A stretch of DNA of 64,000 nucleotides. It comes from Parasitella parasitica NRRL 2501 (lineage: Eukaryota > Fungi > Mucoromycota). The stretch is from the NCBI GenBank assembly GCA_025201805.1, contig MU619252.1, positions 124,001 through 188,000 of the forward strand, given 5' to 3'. Below, one piece after another: positions 1-14,200 of the stretch (position 1 is the stretch's first letter; every line of letters begins with the position of its first letter). The notes under the pieces are model-generated. The model searched no databases, was not told where the DNA came from, and worked only from the letters and a program-made list of their open reading frames with translations. The position numbers and the translations under genes are program-made.

Positions 1-2243
1 ATGATAATTTAATATCGACTCAATCCTTTGCTGGTGATCGCCCCTTAGCACTGCCCAAACTGAACCTTCAATTTTTAACAATTTTCGATTACCTGCTTCG
101 AAACTTCACCCTGTTCAGATTGGAAAGCTTCTACGAAATTAGACAAGATATCGAAGATGCCGTTCGACGCATTGCACCCAGATTGTCGTATCCTGATCAT
201 AAAACCGAGTTTGCAGGATGGGCTCGTATGGCTGTGTCTATTCAAGATTTCAAGTAAGTTTTGCTCCACTTGGTATTTAGCGAGCTGCTAACGTATATGT
301 AATAACAGTATTGTCGATGTTGGAGAAGCCAATCTGGGAGAGTTAAAACCATCTCGAGTTAGAGCCGACGTAGGGTTTGACACTATGAAATTCTCCAAGA
401 AAATCCGCAACGAATGGGACAATTTGCGCAAAAACGACGTCTTGTTTTTACTGACCATCGAGGCTACTGAGGAATCATCAAACGAAATAAAGGACAATCA
501 AGATTTCAGACAGCACTACGGCATTAAACATATTCGGGGTTGCGAGATTGTTGACATTATTGGAAATGACGGTAAGTCTTTTCATCTGCATAGCATGTGT
601 CTGCGTTTCATAGCTGATATTTCTTTGCAACAGGACGTGCAATTGACGAAATTTCATATTCGACACCTGAACAAAAGCAAGCCAAGTGGAAGGGCACCCG
701 TCGTACGCTTCGTGTTGAGATGGATGCTAACCAGTACAAGTTGGACATGGAAAGATTCAATAATAAGCGGGCCGGAGATATTCACCAGACCTTTAACATT
801 CTTATACGAAGAGAGCCTCACGAAAACAACTTTAAATCAGTTTTGGAGACTATCCGAGATTTGATGCAAAGCGATCTAGTGGTGCCTGAATGGCTGCAAA
901 AAGTACTTTTGGGTTATGGCGATCCTGCCAGTGCCAACTATAAAAATATGCCTAATCGTGAACGCAAAGTCAATCTTTGCGATACATTTATTGACTTTGA
1001 GCACCTGAAGACTTGTTTTGAAGGCAAAAATCTGCAAATTTCAGGTCAGGAGCCTCTCGATCCTCCGTATGCTATCACAGTACTGGATGACCCCATGGAC
1101 CAGGACACTAAGCCTACGAAAAAATCAAAGAAATCCAAGCAACAACAGCAGAAAACAATTGAGCTAGAGACTCTCAAAGTATCGTCATATACATTACCCA
1201 ACAGGGGTCCCTTTCTTCAAGACATCCCCAAGAAGAACCAAATCAGATTTACACCTATCCAAGCCGAGTCGATTTATTCTGGCATGAATCATGGCTTAAC
1301 TTTGGTCGTGGGTTCTCCTGGCACTGGGAAAACCGATATTGCTGTGCAAACAGTTGCTAATCTGTATCACAACCATCCCGATCAACACACCCTGATTATT
1401 ACTCACAGTAACCAAGCATTGAATCAGATATTCAGCAAGATTGTCAAATTAGACGTCGACCCGAGACATCTCGTTCGTCTCGGTCATGGCGAACAAGAGT
1501 TAGATACCAACGTGAGCTTTAGCAAATACGGTTGTGTCTCTGCTGCATTAGAACGTCGCATTTTGCTCTTGCAACAAGTAGATCATGTAGCACAATCCAT
1601 CTCTGTGCCTGGTGAGCATGGTTCAACTTGCGAAACTGCCGACTATTTTTTCAAGATACATGTGTTGCCTAGTTGGGAGTCTTTCCAGCATGCCACAACT
1701 GCCTCTGACTCCGTGCAGCAGGTGCGTGATGCCTTCCCATTTGCTCAGTACTTTGCTAATGCTCCTACGCCTGTCTTCACTGATACCATGAGTCTTGAAG
1801 AGGCCGTGGAATCCGCTAATGGTTGCTTCAGACATTTACAGGGCATTTTCACACAACTGGAAGAGGTTCGACCATTCGAGCTTTTGAAATCTGCCTACGA
1901 CCGTGCCAACTACTTGGTGACAAAAGAAGCCAAAATCATTGCCATGACCAGTACGCATGCTGCTCTAAAGCGACGTGAATTGGCCAAACATGGCTTTAAA
2001 TACGACAACATCATCATTGAGGAAGCAGCACAAATCCTGGAAGTAGAAACATTCATCCCCTTGCTACTGCAGGAACCCAAAAATGGCCAAAACCCATTGA
2101 AGCGTGTCATGTTGATTGGCGATCACCACCAGCCTCCACCCGTTATCAAGAACTCTGCGTTGCAGCAAGTCTCTAACTTGCAACAAAGCATGTTTACTCG
2201 CTTCGTTCGTTTGGGCGTGCCTGCTTTGCAGTTGGACAAGTAA
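1..2243 (+). pseudogene. AQR: Aquarius/Cwf11 spliceosomal SF1 helicase, 5' part outside window, 3'-truncated (probable pseudogene or truncated paralog)
   Basis: Spliced frame (introns ~254-309, ~572-633) gives [41 protein letters not shown](S)PGTGKTD, IIEEAAQILEVETFIPLLLQ, IGDHHQ.PP. Stop at 2241-2243 precedes the RecA2 domain; a decayed homologous tail with further stops runs to ~2330. Confidence 0.85.
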
Positions 2244-2404
2244 GGCCCTGCTCCCCTTTCTATTGCTGATCTTTACAACTGACGGCAATCAAAATATGCA
2301 AAATTTGCCCTAGGCAGTTGAAGATCCCTTGTGAGAGTCTCTGACCCCATATAAATAATGTTATCAATAAACAAGCTGGTTATACGGTAATTACGATTTA
2401 ATTT

Positions 2405-4831
2405 CTATTGTCTATTTCGTCTAGCTAAAGCTCTTTGACGGATCACGTCAATTTCTTCGGCTCTACGTTTTTTTGATTCTTCCTCGCCTTTTAATGAAGC
2501 GGCTTGTTCGCGCTCCTTTTCAGCTGCATGCTGCTTATGCTTAGCTTCCAAATCTTCTACCTCGACGCTCAATTGAGCTTCTCCATTTAGTCTTGTCTGC
2601 GGTAGTTTACTGATCCTTGCCTGTCCCTCGCCCTGCTTAACCCAATCCCATAATATCTTACTGACGCCCTTCATCACTGCCTTGTTTGTGTATGTAATGT
2701 TGGTGTACATGACCCAATCCAGCTCTGAGTATTGTATTTTTGCTTTATCCAACATATTTGATAATGCACACAACGGATGAAGGTATAGTGCAACAAGCGC
2801 TGTAGAAGATACCCCTACCGATGTGTGTCCTAGATGCTCATCTGGTGCGTAGTGCGAAAAGACTGAACGATGAGCAGCTTTGTTGGCAATATTGGTGAAA
2901 TATCCAGTCAAAAATGACCTAAGCACAGGTATCGGGTCTACACTCTCACCATGGTCATTTTCACCAACACGTCGCTTACTTGATCTACTTTTTTTTCGCT
3001 TAATTAATGGACCCTTCATAATCTTGAGACCGAGTTTATCCATGACATCCATAAGTTGAGATCTGACATTTGATGCAGTTTCTAGTACTTTGTAGTTGAC
3101 GTAGTTCTCCTTGCACCATTTACGACTCTTACTGTGCCATTTCCATTCATGCCACACGTTCAAATACGTCATATGATCACCAGTATGGTGAGCTAGTTTG
3201 ATTTTGCATTTCTCAGCTTCGATGGATTCTTCTTCTTTGCGTGGCGATTTAAAAAGCTCCAAGTCGCCTGCAAGCATACTAGTGATAATCAGAACATCAT
3301 AACTACACTGTAAATCCGCCGAGGCTAGTAAGACCCGTGCCAAGCAAGGAGATAGAGGAAAATGGTTCATTTTGGCTCCAAGCTTTGTTATCTTGCCTTC
3401 TTCGTCAATTGCTCCCAATAGGTACAAGTGCTTCAATGCATTTCTTACTAATGTTTCCTCTGGAGGATCAATGAAGTCAAAGCTGATGACATCCACTATA
3501 TTCATAGTCTTCAATGCTAGCACTGTTCCTAATAAAGAGCTGCGTTGAATCTCTGGAATAGTATTGGGTTCCATTCGCTCGAAGCTTTCTTGGCTGTATA
3601 ATCTATAAGCTTTACCAGGACCAGTACGGCCTGCGCGGCCTGCTCTCTGTATCGCTGCTGCCTGGCTGATTTCTGTAACCAGCAGTGCGTCCATGCCTGT
3701 ATTTGGATCGAACGATTTTTCCTTGACGAATCCTGAGTCAACAACATAACAAATACCAGGGATTGTCACGGATGTCTAACGTAGCAGCGAGCATTAGAAG
3801 AAATAAAGAGGATTTTCACATCACAAATCATATACCTGAGCAACGTTGGTTGCAAACACTATTTTTCGCTCGCCTTGACGAGGTAATTCAAATACTGCTT
3901 TCTGATCAAATGTCTCCAAACTTGCAAATAAAGGGTATACGGCAGCATGAGAAACACCATGGCCATTATCATAGAACTTTACCTGGCGCCTGTAATCACA
4001 ATCTGCATCTTTCTGAGCAAACATTTTGCATGCTCTTTCGATGTCCTGCTGGCCTGTCAAGAACACCAAGATATCACCCTCTGGCTGCTGTGTATGTATT
4101 GTCCAGGCAGTTTCAACAGCACGATCCACGAATGCTGACTTTAGCGTAGCTAACTTGGGGGCGTCGACCGAATAAACCACTTGAACAGGATAGGTCCTGC
4201 CAGGAATCTCGAATATAGGACATTCATCAAAGAAATCTGAGAATTTGGCCACGTCCAGTGTAGCAGACATGATCAGTATCTTTAAATCAGGCCTTTGGCG
4301 ATGTGTCTGCTTCAAGAGCCCAAATAAAACGTCTGTTTCTAGGGTACGTTCGTGTGCTTCGTCGATAACAATCACATTGTATTTATTCAAGCAAGGATCC
4401 AAAGTAGCTTCGCGTAATAGAATTCCGTCTGTCATGTAAACGAGTCGAGTGTCTGCTGAAGTGCGATCATCAAAGCGAATGTTGTAACCTACCAAAGATC
4501 CTAGTCTACTTCCTTGTTCTTCGCTCACTCTCTTTGCCACTGCAAAATAAAAAACAACAAAATTAGTACACTTGTTTTCTCACATATTCATGCTATAGTG
4601 CAACTTGCCTGTGATGGCTGCAATTCGTCTTGGTTGAGTTACTCCAATCTTTTTGAATTCTGGTAGTTCTTCAAGGATATACTGTGGTATTTGCGTTGTT
4701 TTACCGGAACCAGTTTCACCAATAATCACAAGAATGCTGTATTCACGGATGGCATCGATAATTTCTTGTTTATATTCGAATGTGGGAAGGTGAGATCTTT
4801 GATCTTGTAATTGATTATATTTTTTTGACAT
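2405..4831 (-). CDS. DEAH-box RNA helicase, DHX40-like (3 exons: 4831-4609, 4539-3836, 3775-2405)
   Basis: GETGSGKTT, TQPRRIAA, DEAH, SAT, QRAGRAGR, HA2 region. No N-terminal extension. 'DCDY' after GDILVFLTGQ and a C-terminal 'IRQRALARR' resemble DHX40. Intron 1 is GC-AG. Confidence 0.9.
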
Positions 4832-5099
4832 GAATGGGGGGGGGGGGAAGAAGAAAAAGTGTATATATTTTATTTTTGAAGCTTCACAAAATCTGTGAAG
4901 TGGATTGGCTCCCTATTTAGAAGATTGTATCACTCATCAGATCCACTAAGCAATGCAAATACTTGACACTAAGGATGCTGAGTACTTGTTTTTTTTATAG
5001 GTATCTGTAATATTTTATGTAATAAAATTCATTAAAATGTCCTATTTATTGTTGCTTAATGTTGCTTCTACATAAATTCTTATAATAGACCGTGCTTTT

Positions 5100-5885
5100 C
5101 TCTTTTGGACTTGACATTGGTATTTCTGGCGAACAATTTATCAACGAAATAGAACTTTACTATTTCTGTAATACTGATAATTGTATAGAGATACATGACA
5201 TGAACACTAGATATATGTGAGAGGTACTTACAGTACCAGAAGTTTTGTGTGAAAACTGTCTTGTCAACAATTTATCAGCATGAATTATTTCGTTATAGTT
5301 TACGAATAACTGCGCACGTATCATTATATTTTGCTCAGAAACTGACAACACCTTTGCAATGACGAGAGTCTTGATTTTTCTTGTTACAGTTGCAGCATGA
5401 TCTTCCAAAAGTTCTTGCTTAGTCAGTGATGTATCAATTCTAAAACCGGATGTCAATACAGTATAAACTCATACTGAAGAGTAAAAACATCAGATTTTAA
5501 TATAATATGAGATGACATTTGGGATAGATACAATCCACCCTATCTCTTGGATTTCATCACTAAAACCTTTATCCTCACATCGCTTCCCTCAGTTCATAGA
5601 AAGTACATAAACACTCTATTTTGAATATAATAAATGTTTACCTGATTAATTTCTATTCAACTTTTCTGATAAATCAGTCAGCTTATGATTAGGACATTCT
5701 TTAGTTCTTGAGATTTTATGACAACTAGAGCATACAGGTGTATTCTTTTGTTCAGTAATTTGAAATTTTGCTGTCCTCTTCTGCCTTTTTGCTTCTCCGT
5801 CTTCATAATCTGTATTTGTTTTTGTGCTTTTTGCCAACTCTATCAAGTGACATCGAACAAGAGACGATGATGTTAGATGTTGCAT
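5100..5885 (-). pseudogene. Decayed TE protein fragment, possibly the N-terminus of a Mucorales Fanzor1-like (TnpB-derived) protein
   Basis: Broken frames read CSSCH..SRTKECPNHK, IMIRAQLFVNY and, after a frameshift, VFTQNFWY followed by a GTAAGT donor. Family assignment is from memory of Mucorales TE proteins; no RuvC motifs are visible. Confidence 0.35.
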
Positions 5886-7307
5886 TCAAACTGAGCATAA
5901 AACTTACCATGAGTTGAAGTTGACTCAAAGTGCTCGCACTGACTATTTCTTTTTGTTTTATGACAGTCTATACATTTCACTTCAGCTAGATAAACAGGAC
6001 AATGTGCATAATATTAGATATAATGTAATTTACATGTCTACAGTATGATTCAAGGCATTTACCGAAGTCTTCCTCCATCTCCTTTTCACGGTGCTGAGTT
6101 TTTCTTAATATATCATAAAGTTTTTCTCTAAACATCTTTTTATATATAGGCAATGTTGCAATACATTATCCGAGGTCGTGAAATTGACAACATTGATAAT
6201 GTGATGTGATTGTTTCTTTTCATTTACTACGTTTTTAGATATAACTCGCTGCGGTTTACCCAGAAAATGTATAGTTTTCAAAGTCAAAAAGAGTGTTATA
6301 CGCAAAAGCAATCTAAAATGCAGCATGTCGTATTTTTCCTTTTTTATAACTTACATTTTTTGTGTATTTCTGATTCATTTTGGCTCGGACAATCACCACT
6401 TACACTTTCAGGCCTGGCATAATGAAGGGAAGACGGATGAGAGTAGTGACCATACGGTACTAATGTAATTTTTCAATCTGTTGAGTGCATACAAATCATT
6501 TCCTTTCATCACCAACAGACAATAGCAATGAAGCTCTTGAAATAATGCCACCTAATAGCAGTTTATAATGGGCAAAATATGTGCCTTTGGATTAGTGGAC
6601 CGAGTATCTATCCACTGCGGCCCTTTATCATAATTAAGGCAAAAAAAAAAAGTCTGAATATCACTTCTCCCTCTATCCTTCATATTTTATGTTAATAAAA
6701 TTCTTCAGTTTTGCTTCTTTCGTATAACATTTACACAACACTTCGCTGCGCCCTTTGACACTGGCACAACAATATTGGCACAAGCAACTCATATTTTATA
6801 TGCTGTATCGATATCCATCATAACTACATATGCATACTCAACTTGACTCACATATGCCAGGCCCATATCCCAGTTTATACCAAAGATCTAGCTGACTCAT
6901 AATGTATTATACTGTAAATGGTCATTAGTTTTAATAATATGATTTCAGAGATCCCTCATCTATCATCTAATTATATATTCTGGAAAACAAAAATAATATC
7001 TTCTATAGACGATTTATTATTGTTGTTTTTTCCGTGCATATCTGATACTGGATAATACAGACTCTTGATATTATCTTATATCATCCTACCTATCAACTGA
7101 TATTTAGAAATAATCGGGGGATTCGTATCTGGCTCCCGAATTAAAAATGGAAGTTCACTTGCAAAGTATGTTTGTCAGTAACTATAGAAGTGTCGTATTC
7201 TATATTGTAAAAACTTGAGTATATTATACAGTGCACCAGAAATTGGAGGTACTTTGTTGTGGGCTGCATTATAAAATGCAACTAATTGTTGCGATACAGT
7301 ACTTTTT

Positions 7308-7317
7308 NNNNNNNNNN
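7308..7317. other. Assembly gap (10 N) beside a poly-A tract
   Basis: N run in the sequence. Confidence 0.99.
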
Positions 7318-8276
7318 AAAAAAAAAAAAAAAAAAAAAAAGTTTGGAACTAGGTAATTTACATTATTGGCAATTTTTTGTATGCAATGACAAAATAAGCT
7401 ATTGATGAATATAAGAAGTTCAGTGCATAGCCACGAACGACTAATAGCGCAACAAAATAAATTCGTTTTCTGTGTCTGATCTTTAAGAATATAATTAACT
7501 CCAAAAAATGTATGATTTTACATAGAACTTGAAAATATATCCTTTGCGCATAAACAATAGCGGGTGAAGGTGCGGCATCGTCTGTGATATGAAAATGACA
7601 ACTGTTTGACAATATATTTGGAGTTGAAACAATCATATCGGTGTTTTCATAAACAAATATATTACAAAGATCTTCAGCAATTTCATCAGCTAATAACATG
7701 ATGTTTGTTATGATATCATATTGTTAGCGAGCATACATAACTTTATTTACAAACGTAACGATCAACATGGTTACATGGCAGAGTCCGATTCTCTACTTAT
7801 TTACAAATAAACCTGAGAAATGTAATCAAACTCATATTCAAGAAAGTTTGTGTTGTAGTTATACAAAAAGATGTAGATTTAGCATTGAGCAAGACCTAAA
7901 CACCACAGTTAAGTATGTAGATTGACTCCTTGATGGCAAACAAGGCGAATTTAAGCGGGTATTTAAAGCGAATGGAAAACTGGATGTAGATCGTACATGT
8001 GAGAAACGCGAAGCTTAGTATAGTACGTACACTATATGTTACTTAAGGAGAGATTTCCACGACGAAATTAGAAGGTGCATACATGAACAGCAGTTTGTTT
8101 TCTTAATTGAGTGGTGATACTACATAAACACTCTTTTCTTGTTGTTGGCTACGAAAATTTTCTTTGGTGGACTTTCTGTAATATCCCATTTGGTACTTTT
8201 TTTTTTTTTTTTTTTTCTACTTTCTGCTTTTCACGTTTTCTTTCTATCATTGTCGCATTCTTTTGAATAGGGTATA

Positions 8277-11200
8277 ATGAGAAAAGCAGTTCCTTCTTCC
8301 TCATCATCGAGAAAGGGACTCTCAGCAGCAAAAGCAGCGGCAGCAGCAGCAGCAACGCCTGAAAAGTCAAAATCAACACTTGATGAGAATCAAGATTATA
8401 CTAACAATACCCTTGGCGTGGACATTCCTATTTTACCTTCTACCTCAACCTTTACACTTTCAGGCGGAAAAGATGACAAACGAGAAAAACTCAAAAAGAA
8501 GGCAAAGAACTTTTTGGATGAAAGGCAAAAGATCAAATCCAGAGCTCAAAGTCTATGGAGTTTTATAGGTATAAAATACAGAACAATGGATAGTTTTAAT
8601 TCTCTAAATGTCATTAACCATTACCATAGATGCTACAAATACGTTCGATCAGGCTAGATTTTTCCAAGAGCACGCAGAGCAAGTTTTCCAAGTGGTTTTT
8701 GAGACTAGTATACATCAAATAGAGAAAATCAAACGTAACGAGATTAAGTAGCACCTGCAGGAAGGATCTTCTAAATAACATGTATTTTTTTCTTTCTTAA
8801 AAAAACCAGATAAATCAGAAAGGCCAACGTCTTGGAGCAGTAAAGAATTAGTGAACCTTCAAAAGACCTTGTTATTGCTTAGAAAGATATTCCTCTATGT
8901 GCCTGAATTGATGCGAAATGGATGGCAGAGACACAACATTGCAATTATCCTCACTCATGTTTTGGATCATGGCAATCATCCCCGACTTCGCGCCCTTGGT
9001 TTTCAATTACTTTTACTTTGGCTCAATGATCAAGTAGTAGAATACCCTGAATGTATGAGTTTATTTGCGAATGCAATATCGCTCGATTTATTTGTGCTGG
9101 ATGAAATCCAATCGTATAACACCTCCAGTGGCTCCAACAATTCCAGTGGCAATAATGCACCGACAGCGCCAACGCCGATGCACGCTACAACTCATTTAAT
9201 ATCACCTACAAACATCCAAGACGTCGAAGAGGCTCCCGCTTCTAATAAGCTGCACTCCAGCGGTCTGCAGTTTGTAAAGAAATTAAGAGAAGGCCACGGA
9301 GACAAGCAGATCAATCATGGTTTACAGCGTGATGATAAAATCAAATCAAGCCCTATTGAATTGCACCAACGCCTCATTTTGGGAGACGACTCTCAGCCTT
9401 TGTTTCCAAACCCTGTACAACCAACATTCAACGACTCGATTGCGTTGATACATATCTTTATATCGAACCTGGTGCGTCTGGCATTTGTAGCCGCAGGGTC
9501 TCCACCACCTCCAGACGAATATGATTACCCACCTGGTGCTTATTTCGAACCAGACGATGGTATTGCCACTGGCGTTGGTATCGATGCAGCTACGGCTAGT
9601 GCCAAATTCTTGTTCAAGATCTTTAAAACACATTACATGACGAAATTTGTTCCCCTTATATCAAGGTCACTCCATGTTGAAGGAACATTGAAATCAGGAG
9701 GTAAAATATAACCACAAAATACATGAAAATTGCAAAACTCATATACCAATATGGTGTAGTGTGTGGGTTTCTTTCATGTCCTCCAAGCATACTTCGATCT
9801 CTATTACGATTTTTAATCGGCTACTGCCTTGACAACAATAGCCACCAAGCAAATACGCATTGGCCACATTTGTCATACATACCAGCAGCGACACCTTCCT
9901 CATCACCAGCTACACCCATCCTGAAATCAATCGTTCTTTCTTCTCACGAAACACGGGAAATGCTGCATGAGATCATACGTCAATCACTGATCTTGCCATG
10001 TACAAACTCGCAATACAGAGACATAATTCGAGGCGCAATTCATATTTTGGGTGTGTGGATTTTAGGTAGCGAAGAGGAGCGACCCTCATTTTTGAGGCGA
10101 TCTGGTGGCATTAGCAGCAGTGGTGGAGGAGGAGGTGGTGGAGGAGGAGGAGGAGGAGAAAGTGGTGATGGTGCAGTTACACGCTCCAGCAGCACAGAGT
10201 CTGTGCCCGATCCCAACGACAAGACATCCACTACATCTTCAGCTGAAGAGATGCAGGCAATGACAAACAAGGAAGAGTATTCAGATGCAAACACATTCTT
10301 ACGCCGCTATTTATTGATGATTAAATTGGTATTTGAAGATCGTACGCCTCAAATGAGTGGCGGAAGTCGAGACATGATGGTGGCAAGTGTACAACAAGTG
10401 ACAGATTGGGAAGGTTTAGTGGCACTGTACAAAGATGTGATAAACGTCTACCGTGCGATTGCAGTTTCAAAAGGTGGCATTGAAATTGAATGGGAAAGTT
10501 GGGAACTGCTGCTTCAGTGTCTATTGGATATTCAGCAATGGTTTATGAGCCAGCCAGAGAAATACAGCAGGATACCAGTACAATCGTTAGCTGAAGAACT
10601 GGCAGATTATATTTGGGAGGTAATAAATCATCATTGTTTATATAACAACAAAGCTTCTTTTGTTTTTGACGCATCATTGTAGACACTGCTTCATTCATTC
10701 ATTCGAGCAAAGATGACACACACAGAGCTATGGCGCAATCTCAAAGTGCACATGGTGAGCTCAATGCGCTGGGTACAAGCATTGAATCAATGGGTGGTAA
10801 CTATATTGCGATAATTAACGGATAGGATATGTGTAGCTCACAGAATCATGCAGAGAATCATGCAGAAATTGACTCGCCTATTGTCATCTCGACTATATAA
10901 AGTGGATTATGAACTTTATTCCGAGACCAAATACCGATTGATTGAAGATGCTCCAACTTCTGCTAATAGCAACAACAACAGTAATAGTAACAATCGCTAC
11001 TCTACTCATTTCAACAGCAATAATAGCGGCATCTTGAACAGTGGAGCTAATAGCAGCAGTACCGGCAACCCTGTAATATCGACTGGAGGAGGAAGTATTG
11101 GCGCCAGTGCCGGTCGTGCGCTTTCGGGCGTCGTTGGAGGTACTGGAAGAGTTAGAAGCAGATCTCGACATCTAAGCATGCAAGGTAAACGAGGCTCCTC

Positions 11201-14200
11201 TGGAAGACCTTTGTCAGCATGTTTTAGCGAAGAGCAACTAACCGATATGAAACCGCACGATAAACAATATCTAGAACCTCAAGAACAACCCATACCCGAA
11301 GGCAGTGTATCAAGTATATTGAGGAACCTCAGCAGCGCCTCCTTGTCAGACATTGCAAATACCTTTAAAACTGACCGTAAATCTACCAACTTGACATCTT
11401 CGGTTGTAGATGAGGAAAGTGAAGAAGATCATGAGCCAGAGTATCTGAAGCAAAACATCAAATTTGGCCTCAAGAAGAATGTCATGCCGTCAGCTTCATT
11501 TTCGAATACCCCGTCAAGCAGCATTCATAGCTCCAGCAACATACAACCCTCGACTATTTCCATGGGTAAGAGAAGCAATACAAATAATAGTAGCAACAGT
11601 TTGACGGGTGGCACTGGCGTTGGTGCTGGTGCTGGTGCTGGTGCTGCATCAGGAGCAGGTGCTGGTATTGGAGGCAGCGGCAATGGCAGCGGTAGTGGCA
11701 CCATAGGAGAAAGAGGCATAGGCCGACGTGCCATCAGCATCCAGCAGTTGGACACCTTGTGGCAGGATTCAGGCTCTAAATTGCTGAACTTTGTTCACCA
11801 TGGAGACGGCAGTACGACTCCTCAAATGAATTCATCTAAAACAGCAAGAGACGATGAAAAGAAAGGCATTATTGACTGGGACCATGCAAGTGGAAGCTCT
11901 ATCGACGAGATATCTACCAAGGTAAGCACGACCAGGTTTTGGGCATAAATTATTCTGTAGCCTAACCTAGCTCAATACAGTCAAATCGCACATCTTCATC
12001 TTCTGCTTGGCCAGCGGGCGAGACCATTTCAATGATGACCCACACTGCATCGGTTACTGAAAAGCTGCCTCCTAGCTTGGGCTCATTCAAAAACTCAGAA
12101 TTCCTAGTTCTCAGTAATCTACCATATGATGGGTTGCAAGTATTGTCCATCTGGAAAAATATGTTGCTTACGATTGGAAATATCAACCAGATTGAGGGAC
12201 CGCAGAACCATGCGATTGCGATGCACTGTGTTGTGGAGATTTGGGATACTTTGCGGCTTGTCAGAGCACAACAGCCCCATAGTGGCGTGCCTATTCCAGC
12301 AATGTTTGAAGCGGCTCCTTGGCTTTTCCAAGCAACCGAACTGCCTTCGTAAATAACTGCTTCAAAAGCCAAAAAGACTGGACTATTTTATTAATGTGTT
12401 TTTTTTTTCTTAGTGCATATGAAGCTGGAAAAGCTGCAGCTTATGGCAGTTTGTGTAGACTCATGTCGCAAAGGCCAGAAGAAGAGGTACCAGATGGCTA
12501 TTTTGCTGCATTTTACAAATCTATTTTCAAGGCAAGTTGAAACAATCACATTGTGGATGAATGCGGTGAATAATGGCTTGTTTTAGGGTTTGGCATCAAA
12601 TGACAGCACCATTGTCCATGCGATCATATTGAATTCAGAGCGATTATTTGGATCCTCACTGCCCGGCGTTCATATCTTGATACCATCATTTATTGGCGCT
12701 ATTGAAAAGCTGGTAATAATAGATTTGTGTGCAGAAAGAAAAAAAAAAGAATGCTCATCTGACACTCTTTTTCCTTTTCATTAGCTTTTACAGAACAGTT
12801 CATCACGCGAAATAGTGCCCTGTAATGTCAGAAAGAGTTGTATTACGATACTGGGGTCCTTGGTTTCCGTCTCCAATCAGCTACGAAATGTTACTATACA
12901 AATCGAAGAACTGGACATGTCCTGGGTTTTAGGTTTTAATCAAGGCAAGTCTTTTTCTTTTGCGGACGTCAAAGTATGGCTCAAGAATGTGTTTATTCAA
13001 CTGGTCAATGTCGGTCATCTGCCGCAAATGGAGCAAGATACAGATGCGCACTGCATGTTATTGGGGGCACTCTGTGCCTTGATATTGGACGAGCTTCTGT
13101 CCTGTGACAAACCACAACATGATATCGTGCACGAATGTGTGCTTTCGCTAGTGAATCACCTGTACTGGTGCAACGTCTCAATTGTGAACACTGTGTGCGA
13201 TTGCCTGAACACGATAGCTCAAGTGTATAAGGATAAATTGGATCCTGAAGGAGTAAGTGTGCGGTCCCTTCTTATTTATGAAAAATTCCAACAAAGACGC
13301 AAATTATAGATTTTGGTTCAAGAAATTCTCACTCGAGTCATTGATTCACTCAACATGCATCTGAAATACTATGAAAAAAGCGCAAAGGGCGGAAGAGGAT
13401 TGGTCATTTCGAAGCTGTTCAGCTGTCTACTGGAATGGATCATGTCAATTGAGCCCATGATCCTTACAGAAACAGATCTCCGTCAGCTTGTCTTTGATGT
13501 GATTGAGCTTGCGCTGCACATTTCGCTGGAGAGCAGTGACAAGCTGTTGCCACACCCACCCAACAACGGCAATGGATCGAATCAAAACAAGATGAAGGAG
13601 CTTTCATTTAAATTCAAATCATCCGAGAAACGACCACCTTTTCATCAGCAGGAGGAGGCAGTGGGCCCTGACGTCCCTGAAAATGAACAAGGATATGTAA
13701 AGGAATCAGCCGAGGCAGTGTTACTGCATTTGCTGCATCATTTCAATAACTTTGCTCCTCCTTATGGGCCTGCAACCATCCACAGCACCATAGTTGGACC
13801 TGGTGTTAATCAAGATGATTCAGAATACCACCAATATCAATACTTTGCATTCAACGATACAAGCATTTTCGCATTTGTAGAACTGCCCGAAAATCAGTCC
13901 AGAGCCATTGCTCAGGCAAGAATGATTATCAGAGATGTCACGGGAAGATATGTCTGGGATGTGCAGTTGGAACCAAAGCTTGGTAAATCTGAAACTGATG
14001 ATTCCATGGAGAACAACTTTATACTAAGACAAGATGTATGCGTTCAATTGCCTGAAGATGCAGTGTAAGTTTTATAATTGGATGGCGATCATCAACCTAA
14101 ATCCTGTGCTTTCTGAATACAGTCCTCAAGATATACATACAAGACAAAACTCGTCAAAGTATTTCCAAGATCCAATGGGCAGCTTGTTGGAAAGGCAAGT

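Noticed and set aside
385-864. Separate 159-aa ORF and many short overlapping ORFs in the track
   Set aside because: These are exons read through introns, or antisense shadows of the genes listed.
7291-7300. GCGATACAGT matching the cassette's left junction
   Set aside because: 10-bp match only; the sequence diverges immediately and is compatible with chance.
7358-7699. 113-aa minus-strand ORF next to the gap
   Set aside because: No recognisable motif; AT-rich intergenic or relic DNA.
10842-10865. 12-bp tandem duplication AGAATCATGCAG at a RalGAP acceptor
   Set aside because: Real, but only the 10853 acceptor keeps the frame; likely neutral slippage.
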